The translations under genes were made by a program, and so were the position numbers. A stretch of 64,000 bases of DNA from Podarcis pityusensis (Eukaryota). The stretch lies in assembly GCA_964106645.2 (NCBI GenBank), contig OZ067046.1; one strand, given 5' to 3'. The notes below the pieces were generated by a model. The model saw only the letters and a program-made list of their open reading frames with translations. It made no database searches and was not told where the DNA came from. Shown piece after piece: positions 11,652 to 23,585 of this stretch. Each line of letters opens with the position of its first letter. Position 1 is the stretch's first letter.

Positions 11652-14074
11652 ACTCTTCTCAATAAGTTCTAGTGTAGAAGAGGATACAGGAGTTTCAACT
11701 TGAGATAGGAAAGACTTCTTAAGCCAGTGGAAAGTATTAAGATAGACAACACTCTTAAAGTGCTAGTCTGCAGAGATATGCCCCCCAAAGGGGTTGAGAG
11801 TGGTGGTGGAGGGAAAGGGGCTCCTGGCTCCCAGGGTCTTGATGCCCTTTTCTCACAGCTAGGGGGTTGAAACAGAAATTTCCCATTATTGTTAGCTATA
11901 AGGTTAAAATGGGATCACCAATTGGATGATCACTAACAATTTATCTACAAGCGGAATTATTATATATTGAAATAGAGTGATACACCCATGACTTATTGGT
12001 AGTTTTCTCCCCCATGCATCAATTTTATTTCATTTATTTCTAAAGGTATACAGCCTTAACACTTCATGATCAAAATTGCATTGGTGGTAAAAGAATTAAA
12101 TTTGGTTTATGTAATTCAATTTTAGGTTTTACTAATTATAGCATTTTGAGATACAAACACTGCATTGGGCAGCAGCAGAGGGAAAGATGGAAAGCAGGTC
12201 TCACCCCACCCAATTCTGAGACCAGATCTGTTTGGCTCCTGCTCTTCTTCAACTACTTCCATTCAAGTTTGTTAGGATCCAAACTCAGTAACTTCAAAAC
12301 TGGTACCTGAATTTACCTGTTCTTCTTCTCTCCCCATCCCTTTTGATAGAAAACATTATGTTTTATAAAGTTTTACAATGTAAACCTGTGGGCAGGGACT
12401 GTCATTTGTTTTTGATATTATGTGAGTTGCTTTGGGGCCTAAGAGTGGGAGAAAAATGCTTCTGAATAAAGAAACAAACAAGTCAAATAGGACTGAGTGG
12501 CACCTTGAGGTCCTTTGTTCAACATCTTCTACTGAGTAAATTGAGTATGCTTACAGTGTATGTGGATGCACATGCATTTGAGGTTCAACTGATTTCAGCT
12601 GGAAATATTTAAACATGTGCTTAACTTTTTCATTCAACTCAATGATGCTTCTAAGTGCTTATGCTTCATGTCTATATATAGCTAAGTACCAGATGTTGCT
12701 GAATATTAATTATACTTGTCACAGTAAAATTATGTGACAAATATTTCAATTAAAATACTTTCAGTGTATTGCCTAACTGTCACATCATCTTTTTTCAAGA
12801 ACTTTTCCTTTAAGCAAAGCTATCTAGTGAGCTGGTCTGCCTAATGGATAAAGAAAGACCCACACTGAGGATATTTGGTTCAAATATCATCAATGTCATG
12901 GGTTTGAGTGTGGTCTTGGGCAAGTCACTTTCTCTTAACCTATATTCCTTTTGGGCATATGGAAATAAGTGGCCTATTTTACATGCTTGTTAAAAGAGAA
13001 AATGTAATAGATTAAAACCACTTGGAAAAAAATTAAGAAGTGCTATAGGAATTACCATTACAATTTTAAGCTCCAGGTCCTTGTCATTTGTGGGTTGTTG
13101 TTTTTTGTAATCACATTACTTTCTGCATAAAGTACATCTAAAATGTTTTCCTTGTTTTGTGTTATGTCTAATACACCATACTTTTTCACTGTTCTGTTTG
13201 AGACATACTGGTTTGTTTCTGTTTAATCTCTAATACACTGCCCAGAGAGGAAGGCAGGATATAGCCCATATACTACATAGTTATGATTAAGTTCTATTGA
13301 AACCAATGAAACAAGTTAGTCAAGCCACAACTAACTTCACTTATGGAATTCAAACAGGGCTGACTGCTCCCAGCCACCATGGCCATATATAACACCAGTT
13401 TCCTTGAGCAAAAGAAGTAGACAAATGGCTGTATATGCATTTGGCATTTTGTTGGGGCTGTGGTATTGCTAACATGGTGCCCATGAATACAGCTGAGCCC
13501 CATGCTGACCTCCCAGGGTGCCCATAAGGCCTCTGAGCTCTCCACCTTTTTCTTCTCCCTTCATAAGAGGGAAGGAAGCAATCACCACCTTAAAAAGAAC
13601 ACCGAGATGACCAAGGGATCATCACTTTTTACCATATCCTGCCTCTATGAATTTTTCTGGATAAGGACCAAAAACAGGCAAGTAAGAAGGTAAAGTATGA
13701 AGACATAGTTTTTTGTTTGTTACAGCAGTGACCAACACAATGCATCTGGACGGAGTGCAAGTAAAATGATCCAAACAAGAAGGGAAGTAGTAGAGTGTGT
13801 TTCTATGTGATTTCTCCTTGAGGCATGTGTATGTGTTTGTTTGTGTGATTCTCTTTATCCTATGTGGAGGGAGAAGAGAGTTTACCTTCTGTGAAATGGG
13901 TGTTTTTGCAATTGGTCGTCATTGACAGTCATTTTGTGAATGGGTATTCCTATGGTTCTCATTTTGTGACAGCACTCATGACACTTTCTCAAGATTTTAG
14001 ATGTACTCATGGACACACACACAAAAAAGATTGACATTTTTATGTGAGGGATAAAAGCTGCTAGGAGTAAAGTG

Positions 14075-14345
14075 AAAGGTAAAGGACCCCTGGATGATTA
14101 AGCCCAGTCAAACGAGACTATGGAGTGTGGCACTTATCTCGCTTTTCAGGCCAAGAGAGCTGGAGTTTGTCCACAGACAGATTTCTGGGTCATGTGGTCA
14201 GCATGACTAAACCGCTTCTGGCGCACGGAAGACTGTGAAGAATGCCAGAGCACACAAACACCATTTACCTTCCTGTCGCAGCGGTATCTATTTATCTACT
14301 TGCGCTGGTATGCTTTCAAACTGCTAGGCTGGCAGAAGTTGCTGG
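14075..14345 (-). mobile_element. Sauria SINE (5'-truncated)
   Basis: AAAGGTAAAGG tail, GGGTCATGTGGTCAGCATGACT core, TATTTATCTACTTGC...CTGCTAGGCTGGCAG. Confidence 0.85.
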
Positions 14346-14829
14346 GAGTAGGGTGTAATGTGGAGTGGGAAGGAGTAGAGGAGAAGAGTCAACAAATCTC
14401 CCATTTAGTTGTTTCTCCAAACTTAATTGTGGGTAAACATGGGAGAGTCATACACAGTTGCATACAAATTCCAGTTTGGCTCGAAGATACTATCTATACG
14501 CCTGCTTCTGGATTAACACGAAAAGTCCTCTGCTGTTCCCAGTGGTCATAATTATTCTTCATTCATGTGTCTTTTTGCTGAACACCAGTTTTAAAACTGA
14601 ATACCATAGTTTTAAAAAATTATGTTATTTAAAATTATTTCAACATTCCTGGCCAGAAGCCTACAGTCTTCCCCCTTGAAGTAAGGTTATAGAATCAGTG
14701 GCTGCATTGCAGGTACATGCAATGCAAGTACAAATTATGTGTCAGAGGCAGTTCCTCACAAGCAGTTCCAGTGCAGCTCCTTACGAGTATGGTTTGCAAA
14801 AATATTAAGATAGAGTGATAAAAATTCAG

Positions 14830-14980
14830 AGGGGGTGGTTTGGCTGTGCTAATCCATTACAGCAAATACAACAGCAGCATTTTGTAACACCTTAAATGCT
14901 AACAGATTCATTATAGCATATGTTTCTCGTTGAATGCTTCTACTACAATAAATCTGTTAGCATTTGAGGTACTACATGGC
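14830..14980. mobile_element. Penelope-like terminal-repeat remnant (hairpin)
   Basis: CACCTTAAATGCTAACAGATT ... AATCTGTTAGCATTTGAGGT inverted repeat; related copy at 48360. Confidence 0.55.
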
Positions 14981-15307
14981 TCTTTTTCAGTATTGGAATA
15001 TGAAAAGGTGAAGAAGAAGAGAGGGTGAAAAAAACAGTTTCTTTAACCTTATAGCTACAGCAAATACAGCTGATGACCATTTCACATGGAGATTCTGTTC
15101 CCAGCCCCCACATGCATCAGCAGAGTGCATAAAAGCACACCCCACCTGTTATGCCCCTGTTCCACCCATTTTTTGATGTTTTTTGTGACATTTTCGGTCA
15201 CTTCCTGGTGTGCACTGTGTGTGCATAAGCAATTCTGAGATACACATTAACTAGTCATTGTCTGTACTGGCAAGTCTCCAGTAGCAATTACAGAGATCTA
15301 ATACATA

Positions 15308-15546
15308 GAGTGGAACCTTGGTTCTTGAATCTAATCCATTCCAAAAGTCCAATCGACTCCCGAAACCGTTTGAAAACCAAGGCGTGGCTTCCAACTGGCT
15401 ATAAGAGCTTCCTGCACTCAAGCGGAAGCCGCATCAGACGTTTGGCTTCAGAAGAATGTTCAAAAACTGGAACACTTTACTTCCGGGTTTTCGGTGTTCG
15501 GGAGCTGATTTGTTTGTCAACCAGGCCGTTCGAGAACCAAGGTATG
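15308..15546. mobile_element. Tigger-like MITE family A (decayed right end)
   Basis: Internal identity to the copies at 1702 and 59138. Confidence 0.75.
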
Positions 15547-15749
15547 GTTTTTGACTGCTTTGGATGAAGGCAACTTGAGCATTAATGGCATTTCTAATAC
15601 ACAACTTGCAAAATCCCAGTCGATTTGTCTTTCAGCATGTGCTAAATGTGGTGCTGATAGTTAAGAACACATTGAACTCACATATAGTGTTAATTATATA
15701 TCTATGAGGCAGTAGAGACTATTTTGGTAACAGCTGAATAGAATGCAAT

Positions 15750-16015
15750 AACAATCCTGCTGGATCAGACCAAATATCCATCTACTCCATTATTTTGTTT
15801 CCATCAGACAAACCAAATGCTTATTGGAAGCTATTGGAAGCCCCCACACAGAGTATAACAGCAATAGCCCTGTCCCACTGTCTCCCAGGTTTTCAGATGC
15901 TGCCTCTGAATATGGAGGTTCCATTTAGCCTTCACAGCTAATAACTACAGACAAATCTATCCTCCATAAATGTCTGATTTTTTAAAAAGACCTTCTAAGC
16001 CAGTGGCCAGCACTA
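15750..16015 (-). mobile_element. CR1-type 3' end remnant
   Basis: CTGCTGGATCAGACCAA...CCATCTA motif; relatives at 30880-31135 and 59805-59950. Confidence 0.5.
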
Positions 16016-16021
16016 CATCTT

Positions 16022-16232
16022 GTAGTCTAAACCATTGAGCCTCTTGACTTGCTGATCGTAAGGTCGGAGGTTCAAATCCGCACAATGGGGTAAGCTCCCA
16101 TTGCTTTGTCCCAGCTCCTGCCAGCCTAGCAGTTCGAAGGCATACCAGCACGAGTAGATAAATAGGTACTGCTGTGGTGGGAAGGTAAACGACATTTCTG
16201 TGCGCTGTGGCACTCGGCACAGTGTTCCGTGC
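16022..16232 (+). mobile_element. Sauria SINE fragment
   Basis: GTCTAAACCATTGAGCCTCTTG...GGTTCAAATCC (B box)...GAGTAGATAAATAGGTAC. Confidence 0.8.
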
Positions 16233-16949
16233 ACTACTGCTTAGACTTCTATGTTGTTCATATTAACTCACAGTACAATCCTATGAATCCTTACTCAGAA
16301 TTAGGTCCTACTGAATACAAGATGGCTCTCTCTCAGGTATGTATTTACAGGATTGCAGCACCAGAAGAATAGCAGGTTGAATGGTAATTGCCACCTTCAG
16401 AAAACCATCAAGGGCAGGGGAGGGGGAGAACAAGGTTCCATAACAATGACACCATAACTTCTAAAGCAGTTACAAAACAAAGTGATGCACAATAAAAATG
16501 AAGCACAGTACTGTCTGCAGGCTTATCTAATCGACAAAAATATATGAGATATGAGAATGACACAACAGGAAATGAAATGAAGGAAAATTAACAAGTAGAA
16601 ACTGGGAGAACAAGCATGTATTTAAACATTGTTTCAAAACCAAAACTGATGGAAATGTTCTAGTATCAGGAGGCAGGGCATTTCAGAGACAGGGAACAAG
16701 AGAATAAGGACACAAACAACACAGCACACTAGTTTTGTGGCTTGAATATCTGTCAAGAAAATTAAAGATAACAACAAAAAACCCACCCCAGGAATCAACT
16801 TGAGAATGGCAGCACAAATCCCATGTACTCTGATGATACTGTAATGTGATTAACTGATCAAGGTAGATAATGTTAAATTAGAAACATTAAACAATACAAT
16901 GAAATATTATGGTATAAATCAAATCAAATAAAAATGTGTTAATATAGGG

Positions 16950-17821
16950 CAGGGGTCACCAACTATTTTGGTCCAGTGGTCACAATTATAATGTTGAGAG
17001 TGTACTGTGGGTGCTAGTCATAAAATAGCTGCAAAGGGGGCATGGTATGACAAAACATGGGGGGCAAACCATAAATCGTAGGCAAAACTTTCTCTACAAT
17101 TGAATTTCCATACTATAAAAGGATTAATCTGTTGAATTTCTGCCTATCATACAGCTGTTAAAGGCACAATAAGCCTGTCCTTCCCTATGCCAACCAAAGC
17201 CTAGGCTGTCACATTAAACACAAAGACATTTACCTCTGAATAAACATATGCACCACCGTACTGTAAGTAAACTATACAGTGAATTCTTAATGAGTGCTTG
17301 ATCTTTAGCTCCTGCTCAGGAGACAATCCTAGGCCTATCTGCAAAGTTTTCACATTTGCCTTTTGTGGGAAGGGGAATTATTTAATATCCACCCACATGT
17401 ATTGTGCTGTAGCATTTGCAAAAAATAATTTCTGGGAGTTATCTGATCTCAGACAAACCCACCACAAGAAATATGCATCTTAGTTGCTAAGGAAAAAGGA
17501 AGGGCAAGCTACAGAGATTCCAAGGACCAAGGGGAGGGAAAAACAACAGCTCTTTGGGACCTCATGGATTCCTACTGCCTGGTATCTGTCACAGCTCTGA
17601 ATTCACCTATTGGATAAAATCACTGACAGGTGCGATCAGTCAGTCTGGCTCACTTCACAGAGATCACTTAAAAGGGTACCTGTGCATTTTGCTTCACAAC
17701 TTTCTTACTATAGGGGCTTTTTAAAAAAAATGAAAGCAGAGTCTGCAGCCCCTGCCCAGGGACGCCGCTGAAGGCGATCATGGGTGCCATGGCACCAGCG
17801 GGTGCCAGTTTGCTGGCTCCG
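16950..17821. mobile_element. Old hAT-type non-autonomous element
   Basis: CAGGGGTCACCAAC left end; GGGTGCCATGGCACC...GGTGCC right subterminal motifs; boundaries approximate. Confidence 0.45.
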
Positions 17822-20800
17822 TTTAGAAGGTTGGACTAGGGAAATTCAAATACCCAATCAGTCATTAAGCTCACTGGGTACCTTTGGGTCAGTCACTATA
17901 ATCCAACCAACAGGGTTAGGATAAAATGTGTGTGTGGAGCATGTCTACCACCCTGAGTTCCTTGAAGGAATGGTAGGATATAAATGAAGTAAGTAAATAA
18001 ATGCTTGGTAACTTCTTGGGGCACCCAGTTAAAGATACAGAAAGTATTTAGGGCTGGGGGAGATACAAAATCTTAAAATTTTTGATGCGCACAACATCAA
18101 AAATCAAAATGGTATGCTAAACATCTGATCCTGTATGTGATTATGATTTGATGACAAGCCATCAATGTGTACAGTAATCTCTGATAAGGCAATGATTGTC
18201 CAAATGGTCATGAGAATCTGTCCTATCTTTCCCAAAGATTAAGGACACAATGTTTAGGGCGAAAGCTAATAGGTGAGGAAGTATTAAATTTCATATTGAA
18301 ATCTAATATTCCTAGTCCAATCGCTTTATTTATAACCACTATGGATACATTCCTGCTAACGTTATGCACACACTAACTTTCCCACTGAAACAAAAAGGAC
18401 TTAAAAGTGCATTCCTTCAGCTAATTTGTGCCTTTAAACAAAGTCTAGATTTTGAAGACAAAAATGTTTATAACTAACCATTTTTTTTTACGAGAAATAT
18501 CCAATTATCACAGGGGGGAAGCCTATCAATGGTTATTAACCATTCATCAGGATTCTACAACCTATCACTGGGTTTGGGAGTCAATAATTGTTTCTAGCAG
18601 CTATTGAGCTTCCTCATTCTCACTAAATATTCCACAAAGGTAAAGAAAGAGCATCTCTTTTGCACTCACTGCCTGACAAGGAGCCTTGCAGAAGAGTCAG
18701 AGCAAGTGGGGTGTGCTTATGTTTGTAGCAACCCCTGTCTTCCAAGCCATGGCAATCCTGCTGTGTCCAAGAACAGAATACAGTCTGGTACTTTTGAAAG
18801 CAGGACTGTCTCACACATTATATGCTGGAAGCTTTTTAAAAAACTGAATCCATATGATAAGGGACACTAAAAGATTTTCCTGTTATTTGTTAGATTTAAG
18901 TGTATGGTCACCACTGGCCCAATGGAACCTCCATGTTCAAAGGCAGTATACCACTGAATATCAGGTGTTAAAGACAAACAATCTGTTGTTCTCTCCCATA
19001 GTGCACTGCTGCCTGTTATGCAAATGGAGGGGGGAAATCACATCAATAAACGAAAGATGCATTGGGTCAGGCTGTGTCTCAAAACTAGGTCATGCAACTC
19101 TACCCTTTTCTTGTTCATTTCTTTACATTGTTCAGAGGAGGGAAAAGATTGGGGGAGGAGAGAAAAAGTAGAAGACAGAGGAAGAATGAAAGAGAAAAGG
19201 AAAAATTGGCATATGTACTAAAACTGACAACTGCATCCTGAATGGGCCCCAGGTTTGAGAAGCTGAAGACTACTGTACTAGTATGATATGCACCAAAACA
19301 GTGATGCTATCTACCTTAGACTTTATTTGTAGAACACTTCTTTAAAATGTTGGTCACTACCTATGTAGGCAGTCTTAAACATGGGATGTCAGCTTTTAAA
19401 GCATTTGCTGTATGTTTAAGAAAGAAAGTTACTACAACTGCCAAAGATCAACAAAAAATCTACTAAATAACAGCAGCTAGCCTTTAGCACACTAAACATT
19501 ATTTTACAGTTCTGAAACTGAAACATGGAAGACATTTTATTTCATGTTATAGATGTACAATTATAGCCTTGTATAAAGAGCATTTTTATCTCTAGCACAA
19601 AATTATTCACAATAGCAGAAAACAGAATTAAACTGTCATATTTTGATCCAAATCCTCAAAGCACATTTGTGTGTGTGTGTGTGTGGAGAAAATAAAGCAT
19701 ATAGAGAAGATGGCAATGGTGTACAGTTTTAATTCCCAGAAATTCATATTGTAGTTGTACTCTGTGTGGGAGGTACACTGCTGTTAGTTGTTTACTATCT
19801 TGCAGATAAGCATCACCACCACAATAGTAAACCAGCATGCACAAGATTTTTTTAGTGCATGACTGGGACCTAGCTTAGCACATGCTAGCATTTAATTAAC
19901 CCAGGAGGCACCATTTACAAAAGGCAGAGTGTCTCTCAAGAGACCTTCCTTTTTATTCTTAGCAGATTAAGGAAAAAGCCAAGACTACTAAAAATCACAC
20001 TGCAATTAATCCCTAAATCTCTTTTTAACACTAGAACCATAAAAATATAATGTTGGGGTAGGAGATGAAGGAAGATTTACTATTCTCTATACAGTGCCTG
20101 CCAAGTAGGTTATATTTTGTATCTGCTCATTTCTAATAAGCAATGTGTGCTGGGCTAGAGTAAATATACACATTAAACAAAAATACCCACAATTATAAAA
20201 TCAGACACAGAAGGGTCCCAACCATTTGGCCCTTAGATGCCTGCTAAACATCACAAGTTAACTGTATGCCTATCCTTAGAGAACCCAAGGCACTCTGAGT
20301 GTGAGTGTGTGTACATGTGCCCCCCCCCCAAGTCTATCCTTCTTAACACATGGGATTGTGAAGAGAAAGATCCTACTTGGCTCAGCCCAGGCAATGCTAA
20401 GCATGTAAACAACAACCTGCGGTAGGAGCAGCAGCGGATTAGCTGCTGCTGTCACCACTCCCAAGGCAGGGCAAAAAGCAGGATGTTTTGTTCACCATGA
20501 AAACATTCCAGACCTACATATGCAAGATCACAGTGGTGTTACTCTGCATTACATAATCCAGAGCACCACATAAATCAGTCTGGAACTGCAATCATGTACA
20601 CAGATTAGACACACCATGCAGGAAAAAGCCCTATCAGGATGCTCGCCTTTCTATCATGATTAAGAGCAGCACCAAACCACTATTCTTGATTTTAAGTGTT
20701 CAAAAAGAAAGAAAGAAGGAAAGAAAAAGATAAGGGGGAAAAAGTTTTTTGGGGGAGAAATTATTAGGTGAAAACAAGAGTCCAACTCCCTGTCGGCCAC

Positions 20801-20859
20801 AAACGAGGATGTTTCCCAACCCGCAGTGCCCACTTCCTCCTCTTGTGGAAGGTATTCCT

Positions 20860-22000
20860 ATCAGCTGAGTGTCAGCGGCCGGTTTGCCTTAGGAGAGTCG
20901 GCTCTGGGGCAATAGATTGTTTATGCTGAGCGTGCGCGCGACACAGTCTCTCTCTCTCTCTCTCTGAGTGAACGTGTGCGCGTGTGCACGCGTGTTTACA
21001 CACACATACACAAGCACATGCGGGTCTATTGAAAGCGCAACCCGTGTTAATAGTGTTTTACCTCAACAAACAACAGTTTAAAAACACACACACAAAAAAC
21101 CCCAGCACGCCCCTAAGGAGTCAAGTTCAAATTCTGAAGCGCGCGTTATTATCGAGGGACGGAGGAGGGCGTAAGGCAAGCAGGAGGGATAAAATAAAAA
21201 GGTGCCCCTCGTGCTGCCCCCGACGCAGCTTAAGGCTTGAGGCCGAAGAAGAAGACAAGGCTAATAGGCTCGCCGGGAGAAGAGTGGGAGCCAATATCCA
21301 AACCGCGCCCGCGCCCCATTTGTTAGGCGAGCTTTGGCTAGAGGTGCCTCTGGAGAAACTCTCTTCTCCCCCGCGCCCCGCGAGTCGCCACATATATTGA
21401 ATAAATATATTATCTCCGTCCATTCCTCTCTCACCCACCCCTCCAGGGACTCACTCAAGCATAGCTGGCCGACGTACGCGTAGTAGGACCAGGCGACGAT
21501 GCTCCCGATGAAGAGAACCGGCACCCAGTAAATGAGCCACTGGCAGCTTCTCCTCACGCCTCCCGCTCGAGAGCGGCTGCTGCTGCTGCTGCGGGACAGC
21601 GAGATGCTCGACGAAGCCGCCGGCCCTGCCGGCGCCGCCATCTTCCCGCACCCCATTCTCCCGCCCGCTCAGCGCTCGGCCTCTTCAGCTGCTCGGTGGT
21701 CCGTCGGGGGAGCCCGGGGCCCTCGACGCACATCCCCGCCGGCGGAGGCGGCGACGGAGGCGACGCCTGCGCGGTCCCAGGGCTTTCTTCCCCCCTGTTC
21801 CCGCCTGGCCGCCCGGCCGCCCGTTGTGCCGCCCTCTCCGGGCGGAGCGGCGTGAGGCGGCGGCGGCGGCCGCTCCTCCCCTCAGCCGCCTCCCCCCGCC
21901 CCGCGAGCGTCGTCCTTCCTTCCCGCCAGTCACAGGCTAGCTAGGAAGCCGCCTCAGCCAGTTCTTTCTCTTCACACACAGACGCACACGCAAAAAACCA
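20860..22000 (-). promoter_or_regulatory. ZDHHC2: CpG island / promoter and 5'UTR of ZDHHC2
   Basis: Very GC- and CpG-rich stretch around exon 1 with GC boxes (GGGGCGGGG on minus near 21895-21903), in an otherwise AT-rich, CpG-depleted window. Confidence 0.85.
21455..21641 (-). CDS. ZDHHC2: ZDHHC2 coding exon 1 (MAAPAGPAASSSISLSRSSSSSRSRAGGVRRSCQWLIYWVPVLFIGSIVAWSYYAYVGQLCL); in-frame upstream ATG at 21656
   Basis: ORF 21261..21656 matches the ZDHHC2 N-terminus/TM1 (YWVPVLF...WSYYAY..QLC); donor A|GTGAGT at 21454; lies in a CpG island. Confidence 0.93.
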
Positions 22001-23061
22001 AAACAAAAAACCAGTACTCTGTATAGGCACACACACATATATAATTGATTCCGGTGCAAGAAATCCCCTCAGGAACCTAGGCACCAACATCTGGGGGCTG
22101 AGGTCCCTTCGCCGCATAAAAGATTGCAGGGAGCCAGCCCCACCCCAAAGTTGATGGGCATTGCCATTCAAACAGGGTGTGTGTGTGTCTTGTGATTGAT
22201 TACATGGGCGTAGCTGCACCCCCCATCAAGTAAATAAATAAAAATACTTAACCAACTGCATCACAGATAACTCGTTTCTGCCTTCCGCCCAACATAAAAC
22301 CTGCCCCCTAAAATAAATCCATGATTGATTATGTGGGGTGGGGTTTACCTGCCCCCCCTCCAATATATTTTATTCAAGTAGGCACCGCTGGTCAGGAACA
22401 AGTACCAACAGAGAGGCGCTGTCTAATTATGATTTCCCTGAAAAAGGGAAGTGGGGGAAGCAGGAAGCAAGAAAGGCAGCTATTCTATTTTTGATTTGTA
22501 AGAAAATCACATGCCCTTGTGTGCCTAGATGAAGGCTGTGTTACCACCATAGCCTCTGATCTTCCTTGAGGCCACAGTTGTGTTATGTACATCAGGGAGA
22601 CTCCAGGCTTGTTGGGTCTATTTTGTTTTTTTACTAGAACCTCAAGATGCCCCAATCTGAGCAACGTGCAAAAGACAGGATGAAAAGCGAAAGTGCCTCG
22701 GAATGCCTTTTGAGGCTAAGGATTTGCTAGTCCTAACCAAGCACAATAGAAAAGCTTAACTTTAACTCAGCAACTCACTAGTGAATACTGGCTGAATGAG
22801 TCTCTTCTAGCTGGTAAGTAAGTGGATGTGATGGTCAGTCTCAGAGGTCTGTAACCATGGGATGTGGTAGATCTGCACTGCTATGTCAGAATTGTTAGGT
22901 ACCATGTGCCTCTTTAGCCCATCCAAGCCTAGAGCCGTAGCTTTTGAAGTCCTGTGGGATTTGTGTTCTCAGTATTCTTATTGGACATCATTTCTGTCCC
23001 TCTCTTAGTGGCAAGGTGATTTGCAAATATAGTCAGTAATAGAAAGTAATAGAAAGGGTTT

Positions 23062-23392
23062 AAACTTAAATGAATGCAGAATTCATCATGCGAAAGGCTG
23101 GACTGGATGAATCCCAAGCCGGAATTAAGATCGCCGGAAGAAATATCAACAACCTCAGATATGCAGATGACACAACCTTGATGGCAGAAAGTGAGGAGGA
23201 ATTAAAGAACCTTTTAATGAGGGTGAAAGAGGAGAGCTCAAAATATGGTCTGAAGCTCAACATCAAAAAAACGAAGATCATGGCCACCTCCTGGCAAATA
23301 GAAGGGGAAGAAATGGAGGCAGTGAGAGATTTTACTTTCTTGGGCTCCATGATCACTGCAGATGGTGACAGCAGTCACGAAATTAAAAGACA
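23062..23392 (+). mobile_element. BovB/RTE LINE reverse-transcriptase fragment
   Basis: ORF 23070..23432: AGIKIAGRNINNLRYADDTTLMAESEEELK...KLNIKKTKIMA...FLGSMITADGDSSHEIKR (YADD motif). Confidence 0.95.
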
Positions 23393-23434
23393 CATACCCC
23401 AAAGTCCATCTACCCTCCTATGTTTTGCTTAAGC

Positions 23435-23585
23435 CACAGAATGATAGAGTTGGAAGGGGTCCTGAGGGTCATCTAGTCCAACCAACTGCAATGCAGGAAT
23501 CCTGCCCACAGCCATCCTTGGGTGGGCTCAAACCACCAACTCTCTGGTTAACAGCCAGATGTGCTGCTCCATTGTACCGCAGTGT
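23435..23585 (-). mobile_element. SINE with tRNA-Asn-like head and CR1-like 3' tail
   Basis: Minus strand GGCTGTTAACCAGAGAGTTGGTGGTTTGAGCCCACCCAAGGA; tail shared with the 6360 SINE. Confidence 0.75.

Noticed and set aside
138-21656. Alternative identity ZDHHC20 or ZDHHC15 (and MICU2 or MICU1 for the upstream gene)
   Set aside because: Diagnostic segments ([25 protein letters not shown]; QLYGYHS, SYWDTLRR) match ZDHHC2 and MICU3.
20984-21944. Plus-strand ORFs over the CpG island
   Set aside because: Expected by chance in GC-rich sequence; antisense to exon 1; no recognisable domain.
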